Source: a virus
Virus record (IMG/VR): IMGVR_UViG_3300013426_000002
Span: 32,001 to 96,000 of that record
DNA: 64,000 nucleotides
Strand: one strand, 5' to 3'
A model generated the notes under the pieces. That model worked only from the letters and a program-made list of their open reading frames with translations. It made no database searches and had not been told where the DNA came from. The translations under genes and the position numbers were made by a program. Numbering within the stretch: position 1 is the stretch's first letter; the number at the start of each line of letters is the position of its first letter. Positions 23,659 through 36,912 of the stretch are shown here, piece by piece.

Positions 23659-26600
23659 ATCGAAGTCTGACCCAGTAAGGGCTGTAAATTCATCAGGAAG
23701 AGTAATAGTATCACCAATCTGTTCAGGATAAACGTCTACCACTTTTAAAGCTGCTGTAGAAGCCTGACCTTGCGCAGGGATACGATAACCCATTGCTATT
23801 GCCTTTGTATCTGGACCAATTATATCGTGGTTTATTAACCATTCTTTAGCTTGACTGAAAGTCATTTTATCATAACCAGGTATAATGTGCTTCAACAAGT
23901 TAATTGATATAACACAATCCATACTACCATCGTCATTGACAAAATTAAGCTTTCTTACATTGTTAACATCAGACGTTACAGCCAGTCTGTTATACAAGAT
24001 GGAAGACATCTGAATAAACATACCACCTGGTAAATTAGTATCTACTATGGCTTTGTTCAACATTGATATAAGACCGCTTTCAATCCAAGAGTTATCAGAC
24101 AAACCTGAAATAGGAGCATTAGTATTGCCATCTTCTACAGTAAGACCATTCAAAACATTATCATTCATGTTTGAATTTTCTGCTTTTCTCTTAAGAATAT
24201 TAGCAAATTTAACAATGCTGGCTTGTGGATTATTAGCATCAATACCAAAGTCTTTTTCTATACTCTTTCTACCAAATTCGGTAATGGCATTATGAGCTCC
24301 GTTGAAGTTGTCAATAACCTCTTGTCCAGAATAAGGTACTCCATCAGGAGTAGTATATGTCCAAGCTGTTCTAATGTTACCCATAGCTGCTTTCTGAGCC
24401 TGAGATACAAACATTTGTCTATCTGCATGGTGTGGATCAGTTACTAGCTGACGTCTAAAATTAACTAAAGACTGTTTGTGAGTAGGCATATTCATCAAAC
24501 CCTCGATATCTACCTTAGTATTTGATTTATCTGTGTATATCTTAGATTTAACTTCTTCAACTCTTTGGCCAACCTTAACTGCAGATTCAAATGCAAGCAT
24601 GTGAATGTTTCTAGCTTGCATTACTTTCAACACTTCTCCCATGTCCCCTGTAGAGAATATTCTATGAACCGGGAACATTGCCATCTTGTCGAATACAGGT
24701 ATATCTCTTTTTGCATTTATATCATAATGATCACCGAAGTACATTAATTTTAAAGGTTTTAATGTAACGGCTAGTGCTTCATTATAAGTATCTGCATCAG
24801 CTTCATAATCTGTTTCAGGGTTATTCAATATATCAAAAGCTTTAGCTACTTCAGGAGTCCAACCATCAATTCTTCTCACTAATTCTTTATAGAATTCAGG
24901 AGAAATAAGTACAGTAGCGTCCGTTTGGTTTACTTTGGTATAACCACCGAATTTACTATCAACTACAAGATTAGCAGCATCTTCAACATCTTGAGGTAAT
25001 GCTTCACCACTTTCATAAGCAGCAAGAGCTTCTTTTTGGGTCATGTTGTGCATTTCCTGCAATAATCTCACTGCCGCTGATTTCTTCGCAAATTCATTAA
25101 TTTTACTAAGCTGTCTACTAGGTATTACATTATCTGATAATGTACCCACATTAACTTCAGTCAAATTTGATAACTCATTACCTTCACCGTAGTCTATTCT
25201 AGGCGTAACACCGGTTGATAATACTTCACGAAGACGTTTGATTTTGTCTACAGGATCTTTATAATATGCAGGATCTTTGACAAATAATTTTTCAAATTCT
25301 ATTACTGAAGATACAGTATTAGCAAAATAATTTGCCATCAATTCTGTAGCAGCTAATTCCTTGCTGTATTTTGATACTTCTTGACGCTTCTTATAATGAT
25401 TTTCCGCATCATCTAATGCTTTTTGAGGAAGTGCTAAACTCTTTACACTAGCAAAATCTTTGCCATTCCAATCAATAATACCTATTTCCTTTGCATAATC
25501 TAATTCATCTTTAAAAGCATCTGTTAGATAGTTATTCATTAACAAAGCTTTATCAGAGTTACTCATCTTTGCCCAAGAAGCCTTTATTTGGTTTACTACG
25601 GATAATGCTAAATCACTACCACCAATGTCTTCAGCGAGTTTAAGAGCTTCATTGAAGTTAGAAAAGTCATCTACAAATTCAATGCCACCTAAGGTTGGTT
25701 GTTCTTTAAGCTTAAAGAATCCATTGAAATATCTAAATCTATAACCATTTCTATTGCCTGTATCGTAGTTCTTTACTTTTTGTGCTTTAGTTAGGTTGCC
25801 TTCATTCTTATAGTTGAATTCAATAGTATCTAATTCAGTTTCAAAGTAATTAATAAATCTAGTTAATACTTTGGCATTAAATTTAACTTGATTGTTAGTG
25901 GTATCTAAAGGCTGATTGAAATTGTTGATAGCTGTGCCATATAAAGTATTATATGTTTGAGAGTCACCCATAGTAGGTAAAATAATTCTACCTTTTTGAG
26001 TAAGTGTCATTTTAGCAATATAATCTTCTAATGGCGAGATTTCTGTGTATTTACGTCCTTTATCACCACTACCTTGTTCTTTAAAATAAACCAAAGTTTC
26101 AACACCTATTTTTCCAGATACTGTAGGATTATTATAAAGATTTGTAAGCAAATAAGAACCCTTAAAATAATTAGGGTTAGCATTATTACCGGTGTTATAT
26201 AACACCTTAGTAAAGGCTTCTACTGTTGCTGGGTCATTATCAAGATTCTGAACCATATCTGTTAAATAATTATGATCAGATATGGGATATAACAGTTTAC
26301 CGTCCGTAGATAATACTGATAATTCATCAGAATTGGGGTGTGTCATACCATAAGTTTCGGACAATCTACCTAAGAATTTAGAATCATCGTAATATCGACT
26401 AATGTGTTTGTTATACGTGCCTGGTACATTACCGGATGGTTCAATTTTTAATACATCCTTTAATTTATTACCAAATAAAAACGATAAACCAGCATTACTA
26501 CCGTCATTAAACAAATTTGTTAACTGTTCTGCAGGATTTGGATCATAATATTCTTTAATTAAAAATGAATTTAATGTATCCATATCTATAGATACTCCCG

Positions 26601-29600
26601 CTCTATTTAAGAGTGATAATATATTATCCTTTATTTTGATAACGTTAGCTTCTACATATTCTTTGTATGTTTGACCGTTCTTAAGTTTGGCGTTCGGTTT
26701 GTTTTTATAGCTTTTGAGTAAATTATTAATTTTGTGGTAATCATCCAGCAATAACTCTATATTAGTTTTATTATCGGTGGTTTTTAATGAATAACTATCA
26801 CCATCAAAGTTTATCAACTCAGTCATCCTAAGTAAACCATAATTCCACCCTTCTATAATGTTTTTGGAAATCTTATTTGCGTTCTCATCTTTTACATACA
26901 AATTAGTTTGGTCATTATCATTGTTTTCAATTTTTTCAGACAAGATACCAATAAGTTTGTGTTTGGCTTTTCTAAAAGTATTCCTGAATTGAGTTTGTAA
27001 ATTTTCTCTAGCTATTACTTGGGTTTCTGTTTCCCCAGGAACTGGTTTTGAAATCTTGTATAATTCTCTATATAAAGTATCAAAAAGAGGTAATGATTTT
27101 GCACATTTTGCACATTTATTCATCATACCTTCAAAGGTGTTCTCTGAGTGTAATTCGTTGATTATTGTATTCCATGAAGAATCGAAATCAACCATGAGCG
27201 GTAATCCGGTAACAGGGCTTAATACAGTTCTGGTTTTCTGTACCTTTACAATTGTGCCATCTTCTTTCTTAACTTCTGCCTCATAGAATTCTCTTTTAGG
27301 CATGGAAGCAATGAAGATTTTAATAGATGCCAAAGCATTATCTTTTACTGAGGTTTCTAATGATTCACGAATGTATGTAGCCATCTGATCGCCTACAGCA
27401 GAACCTTCGGCTTTTTCGTCTATTTCTTGGTCAATATTTTCCTGTTTGTCTACAGCTCTGATTTGATATTCATTTAGTTTCCTAATAATTGCTGGAAGAA
27501 ATACATTATCAAAAGTTTCATAGATTTCTTTTCTAGCTTCTCCTTGTTCTTTGGTAATCTTTCCATTCTCTACAAGCTTGTCTGTTAAAGAAGGTTCTAG
27601 AGCATTTTTTAACAAACTATAATTCAAGCCTGTTAAATCATCTCGCATCTTTACGTTATTCAAAGTAAATAAAGAAGCAACCAATGAATTAACACTTTCT
27701 TTGAATTGTGTATTTGTAATGTTTTTAAAATCGTGACCACCTAATTTAAATGGGGCTCCTGCACCTTTGTATTCATTTAAAAACTCCTGTACAGCTGCAG
27801 AATTTTGTTTAGATCTATTGTAGTATCCTGTATTAATTCTATCAAAAATATTATCAATAGTAGCGTCTGTTCTCCAAACCCATTTACTAATGAAGTTTTT
27901 AATTGCTTTCCAAGCTCTTTTTATGATATTTAAATCAGGTTCAACTTTGTTTAACATGTATTGTCTAAAATCTTCCGCAAGAGACTCTTCAACATCTTTA
28001 TCTGTACCAATTAAACCAGTTCTATTTCTATAAGCTTCATATATTTTATGACGTTCTTTAGGTGAAATAGTTAATAATGATATTCTATGATATGCTTCAT
28101 GATATAAAGTACCTGTTTCTGCACCTTTCCAGAGTAAAGTAGAATCTTGTTTAACAAGTCCCATTGCATACACATTGTTACCTAATGATATAGCATCGTC
28201 TACTATAGTGAGAGAATCACTTTGGAAACCCAATTTCTTTTTAAACCATTCTATTTCTTCATTAGAAACTTCTTTGGTTACTTTACCAGTAAGACGTCGC
28301 ATGGGAATATCAATGTCGTCATCCTCTATAGCAAATGGATCAATTGTCCCGTTTTTAGTGATTTCGTTGATTCTTTTTGCTTCTTCTGATAATTCTGTTG
28401 GTTCTACTGCAGCAACACTGGTAGGTACATTTGCTATATTTTCAACTTTGTTTTGAGTTTTTTCAACAGCTTTAGGACTCTCTACTTTTTTAGATATAGT
28501 TTGTATATCATCAGCATAAGCAAAAGAGTCTTTAAACAATTGATCTTGTAAGTCACTTTTGATTAAATTACTGTCAACAAACAAACCCATTGTATATAAT
28601 GGGTGATGTTCATTGTTACCTAAAAAATCATCTTTATAAAAGGTTACTCCTGGTATAATGTCTTCTTGCAAATACGAACTACTTTTTGCAAATGCTTCTT
28701 TTAAAGAGGGTAAAGCATTACCTACAGGACTAAAGAAATTTTCTCTATTGGCTCTCCAGTGAAATCCCATCAAATCGTTGACAAGGTCCACTTTATCTTG
28801 AGAAGACATATTCCCGATATGGTAAGATTTTTCTCCTACTACAAGATCCCCTTTATCATTTACATAAAGTTGCTTCTTTTTCATCCAATTAAAAGTAGGA
28901 ATATCAGACGTAACTTTAGTATTATCTCCAAAGCGAACCATGAAGTTTATTAATTCGCCAGCAACAATTTCTGTGTCTTTATAATAAGATTCAGGAGAGG
29001 CTCCGTAATTCAAAAGCAAATCTGCAAGAAACTCGGCTTGTTTTCTGTCAAATCTTTGTAAATTAACTTGTACTGGTATCTCTGAATTATTGAGTGTGCT
29101 AGATTTTGGAGGATAAATGAACAACTGACCACTACCCCCAGTACCATTTAATATTTCACCACCCGCACCAAGAATTAAGCTATCAGAAATAATACCATTA
29201 CTGATACCAAAGGTTACATTTTCTGGAGTAATATCATATTTATTACTAGGAAATTTGAATCCTTTTACTTCTTGCACAGGTCTAAATACCGCTCGCTGAC
29301 CATTTCTATTTATATTGTATTTACCACGAGTCCTACTGATTGTGCTCGGTACAATAACCTCATTGTTGGTCTTGTTTTCAATAGCAGTAATGATTGCATT
29401 TCTAAAAGATTTTAAATCATTTATAGAAACTTCATTAGCCTGTTCAATTGTATTTAATTCTTCTGCTGTAGCTCTATCACGAATACCTGCAATATCCGCA
29501 TCAAATTTAGTTCTAGCTCCTTTAGGGGTCTTAAGTGCTAAAGCGTACTTACCGGTAGGATGTTCTACACTCAATATAATAGAAGTATTATCATATGTAG

Positions 29601-32600
29601 TTTTATCACCCTTTTTATATGGTTTACTACCTTTTTCAGTGTAAGATTCATTAATAATGAACTCACAGAAACTATCTGCAAAGAACTTGGGATCTTTGAT
29701 TCTTTCTGCTAATTCTTTACCAGATTTATAACCAGGTAACATAGGAGTTGTGGAATCTGGTGAAAAGAACAATGTGTGTGATACTGTATCTTTAGCCAAT
29801 TCTTCTATTTCTAAAGAATCTTCATATTCTCTAGACTCAGAATCCATATCTGTTTTGCTATCATGTTTCTGTTCGGTAGCTAATTTCTTTTTAGCTTGTT
29901 CAACTTTTTGCTCTACTGTAATATCTGGAGTAATAGTATCTGCTGTTTGTGAAACTTTTTTGTCTTCATCTGTTGCAGCAGCTAAAGGATCTGCATCTTC
30001 ATTAGCAACCTTTTTTAAATCTTGAGGTGTAGCAAAAGCAAATTCTTCATCCTCTTCTTCCACATCTTCTACTACAGGTTCTTTCTGTTTGCTCTCTTCT
30101 GCAATTTTGTTACGTTCTGCTTCAAATTCTGCAGCTAGGTCTTCTAAACTTTTTGTAGGGAATTCCTCATCACGTTTAGTAGCTGGTTCTGTTTTTTCTT
30201 CAGGTGTTGTTTCAGGAGCAGGAAGCGGTGATGGTGCAGGTATTTCTGTGTTTACTTTGGATTTTGCTCTAGAATCCATTATAGGAGATTGCGGTTTTTC
30301 AGCTTCTTTTTCCTGTACTTCTGGAGCAATTTTGCTTGTGGCTACAGTTTCATTATTATCTGTGCCATTATTAGCTACTTCTTTTTCTGTAGAAGCAATA
30401 TCCTGTTCAACAATCTGCCTAGCGTTATCTTCCGCAATTCTACTAGACTCGTCTGAATTATTTAGATAATTTTCAATTCTCTTTTTGATATTGTTTAGTA
30501 CCTTTTTCTTTGATTTATCTGTAGCCTTGTCAAAACTAGTAAGTTTACCGTTTTCCAAAACATTACCGAAAATCTCATTCATTTTGTGTTCTGATACTAA
30601 AGCATCATGTTGAGCTAACATCAAATTTGCATAGCTATCCACACCAGTTTGCATGATGTGAGGAGCAGCTACAAAATCTGTACTGAACTTTGTATTAGCA
30701 GCTACTTGAGCCAACTGGCTATCAATGTTTTTAATGGCATTTGGTATAGTCTTTAAAATAGATTTGGCTACAGAATTATCACTATCAGTAATACCAAATT
30801 TAGTTTTGCCAGCTTCTACTGGAGCTTCAATTGCATTCTTCAACTCCTGTAAAGCTTCTTTCTGTACATTTAACTTAGTTAAAGTAATGGCTGCCAATTT
30901 TTCTTCAGGAGTGTAATTACTTAATAAAGCATCTTCAGAAAGATCTGCATACAATTTATTGTCAGCATCTTGAGCTGTTTTTGCATTATTAACAGCTTCT
31001 TGTAAATCTAATTGTGCTACATGTTGCAAACCAATTAAGGTGTTATATTCCGTAGTTCCCGCAGAATAACCTAATTGCTTACCAATATTCTTTGTAGTTT
31101 TTGATTTAGCTAAATTAAATACATTGTTTGCCGTTTGAATTTCAGCATTTATGTCATCCTCAGTAATACCGTCAGGCATGTGATATTTAAAGTTTTCTAA
31201 TACTTCAATCACACTGTCTTTATAATTGAGCATAGAGTTTGATGCTTTGTCCGCATATGTGACAGCTTTGTTCATAGCGTCTTTTTTAGCTATGTTGTCT
31301 GCAACCATATCCCTAACAAACGTATTGGCAATAAAATCTTTACGCATGTCAATACCTGCGTGATACGCTGTGGTAGGACCACCCATATACATACCCAATG
31401 CAAATCCACCTTTCACGTCATTCCAGAATTGAGGATCATTTGCCAATTCTGATTCAGTGTCTATTCCTGATAGAATTTTTGCGGTACGATAATTAGCATC
31501 AGCTAACCCAAGTAACGATGAAAAAATGCCAGAAGAATCTTTATCATACTGATTGTGAATGTAATCATAATCAAATATGTCCTGATTACCTTCTTCAAAA
31601 GCTTCCCCAGTAGCAGCAAAACCCATACGAGCAAGAGCTTTAGCCCCTTTACTTAACATATTCATTTTGGGACTATTGTAAGCCAATCTGGCATTAAATC
31701 CTGTGTATGCGTCAACTAGTTTATTATATTTCTTAGTAGCGGTATCCGACAATTTGGCTAATGGTTTTAATGCTTTACTTATGGGTTTGGTTATAATCTT
31801 ACCCATAGCTTTACCCAATGGAGCAAACATCAAAGCAGATTGTGCAACATCCATTGCGGACAAAGCCATGTTATTATTATAAACATTTTCTAGACCATTA
31901 TTTGCTGAAGCTTTTAAAGAATTCAAAACTTCATCGGATATTTTGATTTCACCAGATAAAGTTCTGTCTATAATTTCATCGTCTGAAATTTTTGTAACAT
32001 CTATATTAGGATTCTGTTGTTTTAATTGATCCCTCCCCATTTGAACATAATCTTGAATAGATACACCTTTATCTTCAAGATCTTTTTCAATTTTAGAACG
32101 GTATGCTCCGTACACTTGGGCTAATGATTCTCTGTGTCTACTATAAATATTTCCTGCTAAACTTATTGCTGTAGCTGCAATTGCTGTACCCCAACCAACA
32201 AGATTAGCTGCTGCTCCAACACCAGGAATTGCATTTAAAAGTCCAGTAGTTGCATAATGTCTGCCTAACCACAATGCACCTGTAGCTAAAGCATCAGCTA
32301 CATAAGATTCAATGGTTGACATAGAAGAACCTGTTAATCCAGGACCTGCATACAATAAATAATCAGAATCGTAAAAAGGTTTATCCTGAGCCTTTTGTTC
32401 TTTTATTTGAAACCTGGCAGAAGGTTTATATTTTTCAGATCTAGAAGTAATAGAATCATAATAATCTTTAATATTATCATTTACTTCGGATTGTTCGTTT
32501 ACCCACCAATCTCTTACACCATTCAAGTATTCAATTCTTTTATCTACATCATTACCTTCTGAATCATTGTATTTTTCTAATATGGCATTATATTTTTCAG

Positions 32601-33069
32601 AATTGGTTCTTAAATTGTTTTTAAGAATTTCATACTGCTGTAAAGTGTTTTGATATTCTTGGGAACTTTTATCCATAGTAGGTAAAACATTCTCAAGATT
32701 TAAGAGCATTTTCTTATCATTCAAATATTGTAATTCATAATCAATATCTTCAATGACAGGATTAATATCTTTTACTAATTTTGCTCTTTCAGACATCAAA
32801 TTAATTTGATCTCTATTGTTAGCAAAAGTAGTCCATGCGTCTTGCAAATAGCTTTTATCTTTTAGTGTTTCTTCTGGATTGTCTTTATTCAGCAAATACG
32901 CATATTCATAATCGTCTAATGGAGTTGTTTCTAAATTCCTATCATAACCTGTTTTAATGTTGGTAATAGGAGAATACTGAGAATTAACCATGTTTACAGC
33001 ATTACTTAATAATGCTGCTTTACTTGGTGTATTTTCAGTAGAATATTGACCTAATATAGATTTTTCCAT
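23659..33069 (-). CDS. Virion RNA polymerase polyprotein, exon 1 (3137 aa; N-terminal extension, zincin HExxH, beta-prime-like DPBB ending in DFD)
   Basis: The C-terminus GYRIPAQGQASTAALKVVDVYPEQIGDTITLPDEFTALTGSDFD parallels beta-prime NRAPTLHRLGIQAFEP..(G)KAI.LHPLVC.A(Y)NADFD. The stop codon directly follows DFD. The HExxH motif is GTLYHEAYHRISL (28087-28101). A Gly/Ala-rich hydrophobic segment lies near aa 235-310, and an acidic/Pro-rich low-complexity linker lies at about 29790-30470. Confidence 0.7.
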
Positions 33070-33072
33070 ATA

Positions 33073-34908
33073 TTATTGTAATAAGCTGTTTATTAAACTG
33101 TCGTAAGCATCAGTAAATGATTGCTCATAATTATCGTTTTGTAATTTTGAACCACCATGAATATCATTAACTTCCTGATCAAATGTCATTCTAGTCATGC
33201 CATGAGGATCAATTGGCTCCATTGTATCAAATGTAAAATATTCACCAGTTAATGGTACATTACCACCATAAGCATCTGTATAATCTTTTTTGTCAATAGG
33301 TTTGACATTCAAACCTGTTTCTGCAGATATACCCATAGTTTTGTTAACCATTGATTTGAAGCTATCTACGTCATAACCTGCATTTTTAATAGCTTGTAAT
33401 GGTATTCTTACACTCACCCTTTGCATTAATTGAGGAATCCCGTCTACTACTGATGACATAATTCTTCCCCTGGGTGTTTTAATAACGTCTTTAAATACTC
33501 CAGATTTTAAATCTTCTGCAAAATTCCTTTCTAATCCGTTTGTAGTTTCTACATTGTATTTAATAGAAGGGACTTTCATAATTTTATTTACAAAATCTGT
33601 AGCTAATATTAAACCACCTGTGTCCGGTGTGACATATCCTTTAGTTACTGAACCACCCAAATTGATATCAATTTCATTTGAACTCTTAACTTTGTTATAA
33701 CTATTAAGAATCATACCAGAAGAAGGATACGTGATATCATTGAGTACTCTAGTAGCAGCGTCATAATACTGAGGTAATTTATCAGCTCTTACCCCGGTTT
33801 TAGGAAATATTTCTCCTGCTTTGGTTGCAAATAGATTTGCAATATCGTTTGCAGTTGCATCAGATATTTCTTTTCCATAATCTGTTACTAAAGAGTTATA
33901 TTCTTCTGGAGTAATATTTCCACTCATAAGCGCGGAAGCAGCTTCTTGGAATTTATTAGTTACAAATCTTGTTTGTGAATAAATAGGACTATTATCTAAT
34001 TGACGCTTTTCAAATACTACTGCATCATTGTACAATTTCTTGTAAGCATCAGGATAATCTACAGATTCTTTTTCTGTACCTTTTTTCTTTAAATTGGCTG
34101 TCTCCAATGCTTGCTTATATTTTAATTCTTGCATAGCATATGGATCTACAGTAGGTGTTCTACGAATGTACTCTTGATTATCTGTATAGGCTTTTTGCAT
34201 AAAGGCATTAGCAGCATCTTCTTCCGTTGTTCCCGGATGATTCCTCATCCATGTTTGCATATGCATTTGTGCTTGAGGAGTGGATAAAATGCCGCTTCTG
34301 TTTGCATCCAAAATGTCTTTAATTTGTTGGCCTGTAACTCCTGTCCATATAAATCCACCATCTCTACCAAGATAACTATCTTTCAAATTGTTTACATATT
34401 CGTCAGTTAAATCTTTTATAGAAGAATAAGCTAAAGGAACTTCATTAAACAAACCTGAAGTAGTAGTATCCCAATTGGTAAAATCTCTATCGTGCCACGA
34501 GGGGTTGTATTTGTCGTGTAACATTAAAGTCTGAACCTGCTTTGCATATTCATCAAAGTTGGCAGCATTTTGTTTCAAAGTGGAAAGCTTAGCTCTATCT
34601 ACATTATTTATTGCAGATTGTAAAGCCATTTGCCATTCCATGCTCTTTATTGTTTCGGGATTCTTAGCCGCCTGATCAATAATTGGAAGTACTTTACCTC
34701 GAGTTTCTGCGTCCCATGTCTGCATATCTTTCATAGATCTAGAACGAAATTCTGCCCATGAATTTGCAGCAGTTCTATAGTCTGCCAAAGCTTTGTCAAC
34801 CCTCTCATTTGCCTGCTTACCTAACGCATATAATTGTTCAAAAGGGATTGGAACATAAGTATCCATGAATTGCGCTTGTGCAGGACTGTCGTATCTATTT
34901 ACTGCCAT
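33073..34908 (-). CDS. Virion-associated protein, function unknown
   Basis: 611-aa ORF packed 3 nt from the RNA polymerase gene and 2 nt from the next gene. No motif was recognised. The placement between tail genes and the giant proteins suggests a structural or ejected role, which is an inference. Confidence 0.45.
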   Translation of the reverse strand: MAVNRYDSPAQAQFMDTYVPIPFEQLYALGKQANERVDKALADYRTAANSWAEFRSRSMKDMQTWDAETRGKVLPIIDQAAKNPETIKSMEWQMALQSAINNVDRAKLSTLKQNAANFDEYAKQVQTLMLHDKYNPSWHDRDFTNWDTTTSGLFNEVPLAYSSIKDLTDEYVNNLKDSYLGRDGGFIWTGVTGQQIKDILDANRSGILSTPQAQMHMQTWMRNHPGTTEEDAANAFMQKAYTDNQEYIRRTPTVDPYAMQELKYKQALETANLKKKGTEKESVDYPDAYKKLYNDAVVFEKRQLDNSPIYSQTRFVTNKFQEAASALMSGNITPEEYNSLVTDYGKEISDATANDIANLFATKAGEIFPKTGVRADKLPQYYDAATRVLNDITYPSSGMILNSYNKVKSSNEIDINLGGSVTKGYVTPDTGGLILATDFVNKIMKVPSIKYNVETTNGLERNFAEDLKSGVFKDVIKTPRGRIMSSVVDGIPQLMQRVSVRIPLQAIKNAGYDVDSFKSMVNKTMGISAETGLNVKPIDKKDYTDAYGGNVPLTGEYFTFDTMEPIDPHGMTRMTFDQEVNDIHGGSKLQNDNYEQSFTDAYDSLINSLLQ

Positions 34909-34910
34909 AA

Positions 34911-36911
34911 TTATACTGTTAAACTATCAACTAAACTATTTACCGTACCATATCTTAAGAAATTCTGTAAATAAGGTAATATTTGACGATCCCTACGTGC
35001 CTGATTACGCATCTTTTCTTTAGTCTGAGACCATTGACCTAATTGACTAGCAGCAGTAGCACCAAAGTTTCTTGCAGCAGCTCTATTACGAGCATTCAAG
35101 TCATTGGTAAGTACGGTATTTTGTACATATTGTTGACCCAGATTATTCATAGTGTTTGCGTATTCACCTAAATATTGGTTATTTGCATTGTCTCTATTAG
35201 CGTATGTAGAAGCGTTTTGAGCATATTCCCCAGTAGCTAATTGATTACCATATGCTAAGTTCATACCTGTATTAGGATTGAGTTTGGCCATGTTATTGCG
35301 AGCAATTGCTCTAGATCTCCGATTAGCTGCAAGAGTGGGTTCTATGTTGAGTCTACGACTTGCCATAGCTCTATTAATAGCTCCCGTATAAGGATTGATC
35401 ACCGTATCTTCTACTTCAGGTTTACGTCTACTTTGAATCCAATTGTACAGTATTGGAGATAAACCAGACAAACTACCAAAATCTGTTGGAATTGTATCAG
35501 GCGTTTTTTGATTTTTATTATTAACTGAAGGTAAACCCAATCCTATTTTTTCTGTCGTGGGTGTTTTTGCAGCGATTCCTAAAGACGGAGCTTGCAACAA
35601 TTCTGGAACCGGGGTTTTAGTAAAGGCTTCCGGCATTACCACCTTCTTATTAATCTTAGCTTTTGGGGTAGCCGAAACTATAGCGTTACCGTTTGTTGTA
35701 GGAATTAATTCTGGAACCGGGGTTTCTGGTGAATTGTATGCAGACGTATTTGTATTTACTGGAACAGTTTCCCCAGTAATAGCATCAACACCGTTGGCTT
35801 CTAAATTACGATATGTATAGGTTCTACCAGGTGCCGGTCCTGCTTCTGGCACTATTCCTTCTGCCCAATTAAGATTATCTAGATACTCACCAACTGGAAC
35901 ATCCCAATTTGAATTTTCAGTTGCACCCAAACCGGCTCTGTTCTTTGTACGATTAAATGCTGTTGCAAGTGTGCTATTAACAGCAGTACCTTTCACAGGG
36001 GAAGTGAAAAAATCACTAATCGCTTCTCCTAATTTACCAATCCAATCACTATTGAGTACGTTTTTAGCTGCTTGTTTTTTCGCATCAGACCTAGACGTAC
36101 CCGTTTGATTAGAATTAAATTCATCAATAAGCCATTGAGCTAATTTTGATCTTTTTCCATCTGCATATGTAGGTATTCCTTTTACTTTGGGTTTAATACC
36201 TTTTTTAGCTTTAACTGCCTCTTGCTCTGTAAGCAATTGCTCATACATTGCATTTGCATTTATCTGATTTAATCTATCAGCATTACGAGCAAATATGTCT
36301 TTTCCTTTACTTCCTTTAGTCATATTAACTAATTTTTTACCTTCTTGTGCAAATGTTTTATTTGTACCCGGTCTTTTAATTTTATCTGATAGAACAGAAT
36401 CAAGATTAGAAGCATCTACTAAATGATTATCCGTACCAGGTTTATTATTGGGTACTTGTACAATGTTTCCTGAATCATCTCTGATTATTTCATTATTATC
36501 TAAGTAAGCTAAATCAGATAATACACCACCATTTTCAAAGGTATAAGCTAATGGGTTTTCACTCCAATATTCCTGTTCATATGTAGCAGCATTACCTTTA
36601 CCCATTGCAATTTCTTTAGCATTGTCTTTGATTCGTTTCTGTTTTGCTATAGCACCCTTTTTAAATAAACCTGATACCAAGTTACCAATGCCACCAGCTG
36701 CTCCACCAATAACTGCGCCAATAGGACCAGCAGCCATACCTATAGAAGCACCTTTGGCAGCACCACCTAAGGCACTGCCAGCAATGTCGAATCCAGATCC
36801 TTCTTCAGAAAAACCTTGCATTCCAGCCCCTAATACAGAAGCTAATTCAAGTCCTTGATCTATCCCAAAAGCGTATGCTGGAACTTTCTTTTTATTTATT
36901 TTCTTTTTCAT
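34911..36911 (-). CDS. Internal virion / membrane-active protein candidate (glycine-zipper N-terminus)
   Basis: 666 aa. The N-terminus contains GAGMQGF..GGAAKGASIGMAAGPIGAVIGGAAGGIGNLVSGL. It has a central Pro/Thr-rich spacer and an Asn/Gln/Ala/Arg-rich C-terminal third. Confidence 0.4.
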   Translation of the reverse strand: MKKKINKKKVPAYAFGIDQGLELASVLGAGMQGFSEEGSGFDIAGSALGGAAKGASIGMAAGPIGAVIGGAAGGIGNLVSGLFKKGAIAKQKRIKDNAKEIAMGKGNAATYEQEYWSENPLAYTFENGGVLSDLAYLDNNEIIRDDSGNIVQVPNNKPGTDNHLVDASNLDSVLSDKIKRPGTNKTFAQEGKKLVNMTKGSKGKDIFARNADRLNQINANAMYEQLLTEQEAVKAKKGIKPKVKGIPTYADGKRSKLAQWLIDEFNSNQTGTSRSDAKKQAAKNVLNSDWIGKLGEAISDFFTSPVKGTAVNSTLATAFNRTKNRAGLGATENSNWDVPVGEYLDNLNWAEGIVPEAGPAPGRTYTYRNLEANGVDAITGETVPVNTNTSAYNSPETPVPELIPTTNGNAIVSATPKAKINKKVVMPEAFTKTPVPELLQAPSLGIAAKTPTTEKIGLGLPSVNNKNQKTPDTIPTDFGSLSGLSPILYNWIQSRRKPEVEDTVINPYTGAINRAMASRRLNIEPTLAANRRSRAIARNNMAKLNPNTGMNLAYGNQLATGEYAQNASTYANRDNANNQYLGEYANTMNNLGQQYVQNTVLTNDLNARNRAAARNFGATAASQLGQWSQTKEKMRNQARRDRQILPYLQNFLRYGTVNSLVDSLTV

Positions 36912-36912
36912 A

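Noticed and set aside
29315-30469. Antisense + strand ORFs inside the giant - strand genes (for example 29315..29644, 29750..30025, 30089..30469, 17388..17931, 28175..28456)
   Set aside because: They lie wholly within much longer, motif-bearing ORFs on the opposite strand. They have low-complexity Ser/Leu/Phe-rich translations and mirror the low-complexity acidic linker. They are typical shadow ORFs.
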